DNA of 53,796 nucleotides from Dimargaris cristalligena (taxonomy: Eukaryota). Below, one piece after another: positions 11,834 to 24,165 of the stretch. The first letter of the stretch is position 1. Each line of letters begins with the position of its first letter. The translations under genes and the position numbers were made by a program. The DNA lies in assembly GCA_003614675.1 (NCBI GenBank), contig ML002264.1, positions 1 to 53,796 on the forward strand. The letters run 5' to 3'. Under the pieces are notes generated by a model. It made no database searches and was not told the origin of the DNA. It saw only the letters and a list, made by a program, of their open reading frames with translations.

Positions 11834-14033
11834 ATTAGGAAATAGGGTTGATCCATTGCTTCTTTCCCCCCCTCTTGCGACTGGCTTATTTTCAACTGGT
11901 CTGGTGGAGCGGGGGGGGATGCCTCTCCTTCCGTGTGTGGCTCTCGGACCCTCATCCCTTTCTAGTATTGGGTGAGAAGAGGTAGGGCTGGGAGGAGAGG
12001 GGGATTGACCTGCGTCTATCCTGCGCAATGTCCGCTGCCAACTGGGTTGATCACGGATATTTCGGTGAATGAGCGGGCTTAAAATGGGGTGCACGCTCTT
12101 CATTCCTCCTAGAGAGGAGTTGAGTGCATTCCAGTGGGCTCTTCTTCATAGTGTTTTGCTTGCTGTGTGCTGTACACCCGAGGTATTGGATTGGCATTGT
12201 TTCCATAACATTCACATCTTCAGCTAAGCCATTGATCCTCCTCTTCCTCGCTCATCTAAATCCTGGCACTGTGTGGTTCTCAAACAACCTCTGTGTATAT
12301 TCCTGCCTTCTTTTGTGTTAGTGCCCCTTCTGTAACCTGTGTGTTTCGTGGCCATCAACATTATTTTCCCATATTATCCCTGGCGCACTCAATTATTGGT
12401 TAATGCCTTACTTCCCCCTGATGCTATTCTCTTTCTACACCCCCCTTCCCCTCTCAATGTTTCTATTAATTCCCTTCTTTCAATACGCTATTTATGATAT
12501 TACTGGGGTTTGTTTTCATTCTCAGAGCGAATCATAGATTGTCGTAGTATAGTATGTCTTGCAAGGGTTGAGTCGGGGAAAATACATGGTAGCCGTCTTT
12601 CGCCTGACCACGATATTTATCACTCCTACTGGTCGATATCCCACGCCCTTCACATTACTGCACTGTATTTATCGAGTCGTTCTGACCCATTTTATTTGCC
12701 CATCAAACCCTATTCCTCCACTAGCCTTCTACTTGTAATGCCACTTTTCACCCTCTTAACGTGTTGTTTACCGGGGGATTTATTCCCACTTTTTTATTGT
12801 TTTCTCCCAGTTTAGTTATGCCTTCGTCCTTTTACTTTCCTCGCCTTGTTCTTTATCATCCCGATCGCGTCGTACTCGGCTGGCTCCCTCAAGATGCGTC
12901 CACGATTTTGATTTGGTCTCGTCAAATTTGTTATTTCCCTGCTTCTTGCCACCCTGTACTGTACTTTATCTGCTATTAACTCTATTCCTGCCTAATTCTA
13001 GTCCCTTAGCACTGGGTTTTTATCGTTATCCCCTCGTTGTCTGATCGATTGTCTGTTTGACATCTTCTCTATAAATATTATAATTGTCTTTCTATAATTC
13101 TGTCTAAATAGTGTGTGGTGTTTATGAGATTCCCCAAATATTATGCATATCTTTATAAAGTAAAATCTATTTTTCTCCACACTTCTGAAGGATGCTGTTG
13201 CCTAGCCAGGTTCTCGTCATTGGCCGAAATGCTAGTGGTTACGAAGGCTTGTCTGGCCTGGCATCAGTTCAACTAATTATTAACCTCTAGATACTCTGTT
13301 GGCCTAAGGAGTATCGAGCGCTTGGTGCCGATAATAGCTAGTGGTCCCGCCGCTCTTAACCTTCGCCAACGGCCCTCTCTCTTCCGATCCCCTCAGCTAG
13401 TAGGACTTTGTACTTCTTTCCCCCTTCTATGTTTCCTGTCTTATCGTGAATGCGGAGGGCTGGGCCCCGAGCCAGACTGGGGGGTTCTTTCACCCCACAC
13501 TGGAGTGTACCGCTCCCATGGATTTGTACGTAGGGGTGGTGGCCTCTTGAACCCCTCTGGCCTCTTCTGTTGAGGGCATTGTATTCGTTTCATTCCAAGC
13601 AGAGGACTGGGGTTCGGGCGACCTAGTCTTCTCCCCTAACTACATTATAGAGTCAACTGCGGGGTCTCGAGGGGCTTAACGTATACTGATATGTATATAT
13701 ACGACACACTCGGCGTTTATTTGCGGCTTACAGGCATCTATTCCGCCAACAGGTTACGCAACTGCCAGTTCGTCTATTCGACCTGCACACTGCATTCAAT
13801 TATATATTATATTACTTAGCATACCAGTTTTCCCAACATTCCATCACTCGCACCACACCCAGTTTCCTACAACCGTGTGCACCGCCCGTTTACTTCTTTC
13901 GCCGATACTCGAGGGTCATTTTAAACCAGTTCGAGTGCTTTATTAACCCCCCTTCTTGCTGCACCGCCATTGCGCCCGCAGTGTCAGTTCCTTCCCTTCA
14001 CCCCATTCAATCTTTCAGTTATATTTGCCCATC

Positions 14034-15522
14034 ATGTCCGAGCGTGAGCCAGTCACTGGGATTCAGTCCTTCTTTCGCCGACTTTGGCGCCGCACCCGTT
14101 ACCGGCGTGTCTTTTACGCCTTCTGTATTTTCTGCATATGGCTGGTGGTGGTGCCCTCCGTCTATACCCTCTTTCTTTACCAGGGCGGCAAGATGCAAAC
14201 CGCTTCCGGTGTGGAGATGAACATGCCCACCGGTACCACTGACTTTGTGGAATTCTGGATGGTGGCCCAACAGGCCGACTTCGCCAAGCATAAGGTGACC
14301 TTCTACGTGACGGCCGAGCCGCACGGCAAGTACCACAGGGGCCACAGTGAGCTGAATTCGACCGTGACAGCGTATTTCGGCGCTAAAGAAGTCGTGTTCG
14401 ACAAGGATAAGAAAATGCAGGCCATTGACCTGCCCATCCCTATTCTCGGCTACCCCCGGCTTTTCCCTTTTGACTCCTATTCGGGGAGCTTTGAGATATC
14501 CCTCAGCGAAGTAAATGTCGACCAAGGCAACGCCACTGTGGCCGTCCCTTTTCGGTTATCGGTGTACAGTAACGTCCAGTCCATCACGGTCATTACTGGC
14601 CTGTCCATCGTCCCCAACTACGAAGACATCGTTCTGGCCGATTTGCTAATAAAGCGGACATCGGTGACGGTGGGGTTCAGTATCGTCATCATGACCGTCA
14701 TGTGGGGCCTTGCCCTGACCCTCACCACCCTGGCCTTCCAAATCTTGATCATCCGGCGCGACTTTAACGGCCCTCTCCTGACAGCCGGTATTACGATGAT
14801 GTTTTCACTTCCAGCGCTTCGTAATTCCCAACCAGGGGTACCCGCCTTTGGCTGCGCGTCGGACATGTTGTCGTTTTTTTGGTAGGTTTATAGCCTTGTT
14901 TCTAAATGCCTTTGCGGGTTCATGCGGGATAGTATCCCCCCTCTCAGATATCGCTTTGGCCATTCGACTTCCTAGAATCACCTTGTAGCTGTAAAGGGGC
15001 GTGGTCGAACCAACGGTGGCCAGCTAGAAATCATCATCGTATAGGGCACGGGGCACATTACCCCTGGCTAAAAGACGGCCCTCCACTCACCTTCCCCCTT
15101 ATTCTGACCCTATACTACCCTATGCGATCATATCTACCTCTAGGTGCCTATTCATGATCGCCGTATCGGCGATTTCGATTCTGCTCTCCGTGGTTTTACG
15201 CTGGAAAAGTCGGCCCAAGAAGGAGGATGGCAGTGCAAACCAGCTCCCCGTACCTGCGCCCATGCAACCATCACCGTCGTGCGCCTCAGACAGTACCATA
15301 CTTTCTACCGACTCCATTCCTCCGTCACCTACGGAATTCTCATTGGGCCACCAGGCTTTGTATCGGGGCACCCCCAGCTTCACCCAGCCAGACTCCGCCC
15401 GATCCTCGTACCTTTCTTCCATGAGTAATCCCAACGAGTCACCTTTCCCTTATCCATCGGACGACTTAGCGGGCCTATACCCTGTCAATTTACGTGGGCC
15501 CTCAATCCATACCATTCAATAG
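14034..15522 (+). CDS. DUF4436-like membrane protein, paralog 1 (pLGIC-like motifs; ~408 aa, 2 exons)
   Basis: Exon 1 14034-14881, phase-2 intron 14882-15143 (GTAGGT...CTCTAG), exon 2 15144-15522. Splicing gives SFFW-CLFMIAVSAISILLSVVLRWK, colinear with intronless paralog 3. Motifs GYPRLFPFD and FSLPALRNSQPGVP. Confidence 0.85.
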
Positions 15523-17064
15523 ACGTGAGAGGTTCGGGTACTAATAGTTTATCAGCACTTGTTCCCTAGACTTTTTCTGTTACCCCCAAGTTAAATCAGT
15601 CTCATGCATACGTACACTTTTGTTTTTTCATTCTACTGCACTTTATACATGCCATTTTTACCCTTCATAGCCATAACATTTTACGTATCCAAGCCAAGTA
15701 GGTGATCCCATTGGCAGTTCTTTCAATTATTTATCGCACTGTTTCAAATCATATAAACGTACCTTATAGTTTTTAGATGTCCGATAGGTGATGGTCGGAA
15801 TATTAAAGGCTGTGGTCCGAAGTTTAACTGCTAATCCCCACTTTGATGAGTACCAACGAACCATAGGTCGGAGTATTTTCGTATCGTATAACGTCATGAG
15901 TAGAATTGAGGAGGTTATACCTGAATTGTACCAGCTCAATCGGCATACTAGCCGTGAATAGTTTCGCGCCAAATCGTGGCATTGGCAAAGTGGTGGTAAG
16001 CGAGTCCATGCCACCCGTTGGCTACTGTATTAAAGGTTGACCGTTGAACTGCCGGGCTCAAAGGAGCGCACGAATTGCCTCATCGCGCTAGTCTGAGTGA
16101 ACCAATTTAATTAAACTGCAGTAGAGTCAGGCTGTAAAAAGTGGATGTGAAGGAATAGGTAGAGGTCCCAGAAATTTGGTCCTTGTTACCCCCCCTGATA
16201 CAGGGGGATTGGCCAGTAATTGCCGCCCACTGATTCATCCCGTTTGGGGGGACAAAGTGCGCAAAGTGCTAATCGGATTATTTTTCTTTATACTTGGCCG
16301 TTCTATTGGAAGGAAGGGCGGCAGTTCAAGACCGGCGGGTGAATGTGCTGCCTTGTACTCTGGGGCGGCCGCGGCTGCTAGCAGAGTCCTTCAGCTCAAT
16401 GATTACTCACCATTGGCCCATTTCGCCCTTTCCTCTTCTTCGGCCGCCACGGCGTTCGATTTTAAACAAAGACCGTGTTCCATTGACCCCAGCATTCTCG
16501 ATTAACAGCATAATGTAAGGGATGTGGGGAAGGGGGGGTGGTTATTGAATTGTGGTCGAGGAGATCTAAAGGGCCGTGAAACACCCTTGAGTGTGCGATA
16601 TTCTCCTGATCACCTCCCCCCTCTTTTCTCCGCCTTTGCACCGACGTGTTCTAAATAATCGCTGTACTAGTATATACACTGATATTGGTTTATATAGTCG
16701 GGCTTTTATCAACCCCGCGAACCCCGACATCTAAATGTACCTTGGCCAACCCTTTATTACTGCTTTCCCATTTTCTAGTATTCAGAAACCGACTCAACCT
16801 CCGCTCAGAGAGCCTCCATATATCCATATATTGTACTACTTTAACATCCCTGTGCACTTATTCTCACTACTAAGTTTATTTACTGGGCTAGTTCTCATTC
16901 AATCCACCAACTGACCCCTGCCATACATTTATATTATCTAGCATCCTACCTTCGCACAGCTACCAAGTATAAGCTACCCGTCTGGCCAACATCACCTCCT
17001 TCCCTATCAATATCCAAGTATTCTTGACACAGCGCACATTTCTTTAATCCGCTCTTATTTCGCT

Positions 17065-18282
17065 ATGTCTCTAAAGACCATACTGGCCAAAAGTCCACCG
17101 TGGGTGCGCGTGGTACTAAGCCGCACACGGTACCGCCGTATTCTTTACCTTTTTGGCATTCTAGCCCTCTGGATGTGTATAGTCCCCCCGGTCTACCTGA
17201 CTTTCCTACGGCAGGGCGGAAAGAGTGATACCCTAGAAAGCTTTCGAACCTCCCAATCCCCCGACTATATCGACATTACCCTAGTGGCCCAGAGTGCCTC
17301 GCTGACTCAACACAAACTAGACATGTATGTCGAGGTCACCCCGCACGGTTCCTTTAAACAGGGCTACACGGAGCTCACGACCAATATCACGGGTTATTTC
17401 GGGGAAAAGAACGTCAATTTCAAAGCCGGTAAACGTATGCAGTCGTTTGACCTCAAAGTGCCCCTAATGGGCTACCCCCGCCTCTTTCCGTTTGACAATT
17501 ACGATACCTTATTCGAGGTTTACCTCAAAAGTGGCGACAAGGCCAACGAAGCCCCGGTTCCGCTTCATATTACCATTTTTGGCTCGGTCCAAACCCTCGA
17601 CTTCCATACGGCCATCACCCGCCCCAACCCCGATGACCACACCGTTTTGTTCACTATCCAAACCAACCGTACGGCCATTACAGTGGTATTCAGTATCTAC
17701 ATCATGACCGTTATGTGGTGTTTAGCTATTACCATTTCCACTCTGGCTTTCCAAATTGCCGTGTCGCGCCGACAAGTCCCGCCGGGACTCCTGGTGTCCG
17801 GGGTTAGTATGATGTTTGCCCTTCCTGCTCTACGCAATGCCCAACCCGGTATTCCGTCTCTGGGTTGTGCCTCGGATGCATTGGCATTTTTCTGGTAAGT
17901 TCAATTATTTTAATTTGCTCGGGGACTTGGTCAGGAATAGGGTGTTCGTTTTTCCGAAGTTTTTGAGGGAAGAAATACCGGGCCTACTTCCTCGATAACA
18001 CCAGTGGGAGTGGTCACTTTGGGACGCCCCTTTTCCGGCTGACCTCGGCCTAACCAACAACCTCTGCTCCCTTGTTGCATATAAACCGATAATTACAGGT
18101 GTATTATTATCGTGGCCTTTTGCGCCGTCAATAACATCCTGCTCAGCGTCGTTCGGGTCGAGAAAAAGAGGAAACCGGCCCCCGAACCTGAACCAGCCCC
18201 CGAATCGCCGCGAACCAAGAAGCGGAACAGTCTTATTTTTCCCGTGGTGGTGGCCGATGTTGAACACGCCCCCGCCGAATAA
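17065..18282 (+). CDS. DUF4436-like membrane protein, paralog 2 (~337 aa, 2 exons)
   Basis: Exon 1 17065-17894, phase-2 intron 17895-18098 (GTAAGT...TTACAG), exon 2 18099-18282 (W-CIIIVAFCAVNNILLSVVRVEKKRK...HAPAE*). Motifs GYPRLFPFD and FALPALRNAQPGIP. Confidence 0.85.
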
Positions 18283-18637
18283 ATTTATCTCGCCAGGCCC
18301 CAGGATGGTGCTTAATTCCCTTCCTATTCGTTCATTCATTCAACTCAGTACATTTTCATTTTCACATATACCATCATTCGTTTCATCTCATCTTTGCAGC
18401 TTGTTCATAGCCACATAGAGTTTACTGGATAAGTATGTATATTTACCAATGACCCACCAGCTTTATCATCTCGGTGGGTTGACAATAAAAGGATATATTT
18501 ATATTTATAATTAATTAAGCATCCGGCCGTTAGAGTACCTGTGTCCGTCCAACCAGCCAAAATGCGGGGGCCACGGAGGGGCCAATTCGTAATTGTACTG
18601 ATAGATGATGGGAGTCTTAACATCAACCGCTGACGAA

Positions 18638-19438
18638 TCAACTGCCCCACCAGGCCAAAAGGCCGAGACCATCTTCCTGAATGCTGCACTGTATAGCGAT
18701 TAGAAAGGGCACCAATAGATATATTAAATCACATAGAAGTATTAGTATACTCCCTATAATGGTGGCTTCATAAGTCTAACCACGGCTGCTGGACAATAGT
18801 CATGTACGGAACTACCGGGACGAACCGGAGGGCCGTTCTTATGACCAATGCAATCAACTTACAGTGAGTGAGTACGGCGAGGGTTGGATTTTAAGTTCGC
18901 TCTTTTCTTTGGATAGAGGCAGGGTAATGGGTGTGACGTCCGCGGCCTCTTTCCGTGGGGCCTCAGGAGCGGCCTCGATAAAGAGTTCTTCGACCACTCG
19001 AAACCGGATGATCTCGCCGGGGTCCATGAATAGGTCATTACCATCGTATTTCCACACCCACACTTGTTCCTGAGTATCGAATTCGCTGTTCTCGGGCAAA
19101 CAGCTGGGTGGAATGATGATGTCGTCCATGAAATGCAGGCTCACTTTAATACCCTTCTCGCTGCTGCTCCGGATTTTGCCCACAAGGACCTCGCCGATAA
19201 AAGGCCGGAACACAACGAGTCGGAAGGTGGTTTCGTAGTTAAGGCCGCCGTCGCTATGGTATATGAGCCCGTCGCTAGTTTCGAGAATATCGAACGCGGA
19301 TATGCATAGGCCCACTTGGTGGATCACCCGATTGGCGAACTTACGGTTGATTTCGTCCTTGATGGCGTCAATGGGGTCCTTGCGGAAATGCGTGGGCTCC
19401 ACCTTCACGGTGTCGGACACTGTGGTGAGTACGAACAT
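18638..19438 (-). CDS. RPC25: RNA polymerase III subunit C25/RPC8 (~208 aa, 2 exons)
   Basis: MFVLTTVSDTVKVEP...NRKFANRVIHQVGLCI...FRLVVFRPFIGEVLVGKI...EQVWVWKY. Exon 1 19438-18863, GTAAGT intron, exon 2 18688-18638 encodes the conserved CSIQEDGLGLLAWWGS* end. Confidence 0.96.
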
Positions 19439-22142
19439 GGTAGGTCAAATGGGATTCTAGGTCCCCGGAGCTGGTCGACGCGGTCTGGGGTACTAGGCTT
19501 GGCTGAGGGATTCCTGGATTGTCTAGTCGGGGGAATTGAATGGGTTTTCAGCGAGATAACAGTCGGTGCACGCCAAAGTCTTGTTAGCTGCCAAATGGGT
19601 GATATTAATGGGGAGTAGTAAATGTGGAATTTTTTCTTGGTCTTTTGGAAGCTAAACAAAATGGCCTTGGAATGTAAAAAATATCGAAATGGGGGACGTT
19701 TGAACTAACTGCACAGGGTTTTCATCCATATTGGTATGGGAAAATTGGCGGGGGATTCATTTATAACTAGTAATATGCGCCTCATCCAACGGATTATGTG
19801 CTATACAACCTGGTTGAGCCTCTCCCATATTATAATTTAGTGGGAACGGGATCTCCCAATTTCAATTGGGGGACTCATAAGGCGAAGAGCGACAAACTTG
19901 GCCTGGATTTCGGGGGTGATACACCTGGCCTAGGGCTTTGTTTCACTCTGGTAGGGGCACATTTACAAAGAGGTTGGGCCTTGTCCCACCTGGGTTGTAC
20001 CACCGCTTCCTTTGGCAGAGATTTACTCATGGTATTCTCCCAATTTTAATCATGACACTGGGGCTAACCCACATGGAAGCATACAGTTGTCAATGTAGTT
20101 ATATAGGTTCGGGGACACTCGGGACACGATGCAGTATAATCTCCGGGCCTGACTTTGGAACATTTCTTTACTGAATTAAACCAGACTTAGTGCTCATGGT
20201 GGTCTGGATTGGGCAGCAGTGAAAGTGTGAGAGTGGGTGGTGGAGTAATGGGTTAAATAGCGGTATAATTCTGGGCCCTTGTATTAAATACTACCTATGC
20301 CCAGGGGCATGCAGCTAGGGAATCTTCTTTATTCAGTTATCGTTCAATCAACTATTAAATGATGACGTAGGGGCCACACTTCAAAAGCGGCTGCACTTGT
20401 TGTCTAATCGCAAAAGAGGAAAAGTGGCAAGAATATGGACAAGTTGTATTTAGACACTTGTACATACAAATGCCAGATTATCACCAAGTGGTGCATAGCC
20501 AAGACTTTGGAATAGCCATGGTCTGTCTTTGAAATGCACAAGGTTATTCAGCAGGATCCTGGCAAGTCAAGGGGGGCAGTATTGTGGCCCCGGATGTTAT
20601 TGCGCACCTCTTAGACTAGGTTTACAAGACAAGTGGCGCACATTATGAATTGTCGCGGATGGCAGCTAATCATGACTGGACCCTTGCTATACATCGAGTC
20701 GGCCGCACTACCGTAATGTATACTGCCGAGCAGATGCAAATTACACCACCCCAGTCACCAGTTCATTCTAAAAAAATTGTATCCAATTAGAACCTCCTCG
20801 TGGCTTGAGGCATAGGGCGAGTCAGCTTTAGAAAGGGAATGTAATTAAGGAGATGTTGCACCATAGAATTCATTTCACCAAGCTCCGACGGGGATCAAGT
20901 CCATGTTCCCAGTATTTGGTATTTTCTTGAGGGGTCCCGCCCCTGCACTTATCAGAAATACAATAGCATTAACCTCGACGCACTATCTGCACGGGGCTAA
21001 AATAGGATGTGGGAATACTCCCTAGGCGGTTGGGCAAAGCCCTAACTAGACCGTCTAAGGTTGCTCACGCCTCTACTGAATTTGGTTAGGGTTAGCTGGG
21101 CCGACCCTATGCTCCAACTCAACAAACTGGCTTGGCGTTGGAGCTCTCTGCTTTGACGAATGGGTCAAAATTGACCTTTTGAGAGCCATTAGGCACTTTG
21201 TGGCCTAGTACCCATCCCTAATTGCCCGATCACAGTGGCGGTGGCCATCTGCGGGGCAGCGGTAGCGGCCAAATCGAGACCCTCGCCCCCTTCTCCCCTC
21301 TTGCGGGAACCAATGGAGGCCAAGGCACAGGCGGGATTGGAAAAAAAAGGGGGCCAAATGGAACCGGGGCCTTTTATTTTAGCTGCGCTACAATCGCAGT
21401 GATCACCTCAATTCGACTTTGGCCATTATTCTTCAGCGGGAGTGCCAATCACCAACCGACGCCTATTACCATCCCAATGGCGAGCTCATTCACTCCACTT
21501 CTCGCGCCCCTTGAACTTCCACCAAGATTCATGGGGAGAAGTGAGCGGTCGCCTCCCAGTCTTTGCATGAGGATATTGTTGTTACGGACATTTAAATATA
21601 TCCCTGCATCCCTTACTAATGAATCGAGTACACCTATCCGCCTATTTCTTTAAAATTGAACCCCCCATCTAACCTTCTCTGGCCCCCTGTATCTCACCAA
21701 CGCCAAGACTCTCCCTCTCTTCTCTACTGCAATGAGTTATTTTCGTGAACACTTACTTGGTTGAATTAGATATATATAAGCTCGACCCCGCATCCCCCCA
21801 CCACTCCAATTGCTCATTCACCATTACTATTATCAATATCCTGGACCGCGTTCATTCTCCCGCGGCTCTACTACATATGTCCCTTTAATATTTAAGTTCC
21901 CTCGCACTTTACCTCCACCCGCCTTTCGCCACTTCTACCAGTAGGGACCCCTAGTCTCCAATACCATTTTTTTTATTTGCTCAAACACTACCCAATCCTT
22001 TATTTAACGTAGCCGAGTATCCGAAACGCGTATAGAACCTCGGCATCATATTGTCAGGTCAACGAGACGCTATCTTTTAGTTATTTCCCCCATTATATAC
22101 ATCTCTCTATACTATTTTTAAGATACGACTATATTTACACCA

Positions 22143-23225
22143 ATGGCCGAATTCCCCAAGTCTCAGGGCGCCGCCAGCCACGGCGCTGTCCGTATAGTCC
22201 GCCGCATTTGGAGACACTCGCGCTACCGGCGAATAGTCTGGGCGTTTCTCATTGCGGCAATTTGGTGCATTATCGTCCCACCAGTCTATTTAGCGTACCT
22301 CCGGGAAGGGGGAAATGCTGACACCGCCGTTGACGTTCAGGGCGAGCAATCCCCCGACCATATTGAAGTGACCATGATTGTACAGCAAGCCGACCTAATG
22401 AACCACAAGCTTAGCATGTACGTAACTGCCACTCCCTACGGCAAATTAACCAACCGGCGGTCGGAACTCACAGCCAACGTGACGGGATACTTTGCCTATA
22501 AAAGCTTTGTCTTCCCCAGCAACAGCATCATGCAGTCCTTCGACCTTACCGTCCCCCTCCTAGGCTATCCTCGCATGTACCCCTTCGATGATTACCAATC
22601 CTTCCTGGAAGTGGGATTCGTATATAATGATGCGGACAAAACACCCATTCCCATTCGGGTCACCATCTACGGTTCGGTGCAGTCCCTCAGCTTCGACACG
22701 GACGCCCAATTGGCCACCAATATGCCCAACGCCTTTGACTTTAACATCACCACCCGACGTACGAGAACGACCCTGTTCTTTAGCATTTTCATGATGATCG
22801 TCATGTGGGGCCTGTCCCTCACCCTCCTCACCCTAGCCTACCAAATTGTGATTGAGCGGCGGGATGTTCCCGCGCCCTTGTTGATTGTGGGCATTACCAT
22901 GCTGTTTGCCCTTCCGGCGCTGCGGAACTCCCAACCGGGCGTACCTCAGGTGGGATGCGCCAGTGACGCCCTCTCCTTCTTTTGGAACCTGTTCTTGATT
23001 GCGGCGTGCTCGATTAGTATCATTTTGGCCTGGGTGCTCCGGTGGAAATACCGCAGTCCCACACCACGGGAATCAATTTGCCAGGAAATACTCCCAACAT
23101 CCCAGGTCACCGATGCCAACCCTCCTTTCTGCCATGTAGCTATTGACACTGGCCCAAACCCTCCACCGTTCCGCTCCTACCAGGCCAATGACAGTGCCTG
23201 CACATTACCAGCTCGCACAGTATAG
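22143..23225 (+). CDS. DUF4436-like membrane protein, paralog 3 (360 aa, intronless)
   Basis: Intact ORF with an Arg-rich N-terminus, N-terminal TM, a beta-rich ectodomain containing GYPRMYPFD, and three C-terminal TMs with FALPALRNSQPGVP..GC.SD..FFW. Clearly paralogous to the 14034 and 17065 genes. Confidence 0.9.
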   Translation: MAEFPKSQGAASHGAVRIVRRIWRHSRYRRIVWAFLIAAIWCIIVPPVYLAYLREGGNADTAVDVQGEQSPDHIEVTMIVQQADLMNHKLSMYVTATPYGKLTNRRSELTANVTGYFAYKSFVFPSNSIMQSFDLTVPLLGYPRMYPFDDYQSFLEVGFVYNDADKTPIPIRVTIYGSVQSLSFDTDAQLATNMPNAFDFNITTRRTRTTLFFSIFMMIVMWGLSLTLLTLAYQIVIERRDVPAPLLIVGITMLFALPALRNSQPGVPQVGCASDALSFFWNLFLIAACSISIILAWVLRWKYRSPTPRESICQEILPTSQVTDANPPFCHVAIDTGPNPPPFRSYQANDSACTLPARTV

Positions 23226-24165
23226 CTGACTGACACCTATACCCGCATGGTGGTGTCTATCCCTACATATCCCTTGAATTGGCCACCGGTTGCTGGGGAA
23301 CTTTAAGAGGACTGTATCCATAACTACACCTATTCTTAATTCCAGAATTATAATGATGAATAAATTTATACAACAAGCAGGTATCGGTGAATTGGTGGAG
23401 TGGTAGTCCCTACTTAGTTGAAGCCTGGGCTTGGTCTCATAATCCAATCGAAGAGGTTAATTGAAAGCGGCCCGCTATTTTATTTATATACATATATCAG
23501 CAAAAATAACTCAGTAGGTCGAGCTTGGCGATTCGCGCAAGTAGGAAAATAAATATCCGCCAACGTGGCTGGAGTTTCACATAGGGTAACCCTCAACTAA
23601 TTTACATACGTAGTCACTGAAGTGACAATCTAGTCACACCGTTATGACTGACGTTGCCATGTCCCTGAGTACAAGTTTGGCCCATTCTAACAAGAGTGAA
23701 TAACTAGGAAGCCGCTTGCTTTAGTTGAGCTCCAAATAGGTAGATAGCCATGCCAGGGTACTCCGCGTTGGAGGTGGACACCTGGGGCCAGTGAGCTAAT
23801 TATAGACCGTATTGTTGATTAAGTCGGAATCGGACTGAACGATTCAGTCGGATGCTCATGAAAGGTCACCCCGTTTATCCGCCCCTGAAAAGAATTCACC
23901 GCTCGCTCATTTAATTACCAAAGCGGACATTCTGAGAGCATACTTTCGCTGCACCAAATTAGGAACGGGCTTCAACCTACTTCGTATAAAATGCTTGTCA
24001 GGAGGGCTCCACTAACCATTTTACCGACGTTTACGTTGTTAACTTTAAATCCATCGCATACGCCATTACGCCCATCATCCATCACTAGAGACAGCATTCA
24101 CTTCACCTTAAACTACGTTTACCATATTTCCCAGTTCACGCCTTTAGAACCAACCCCAAGTCACC

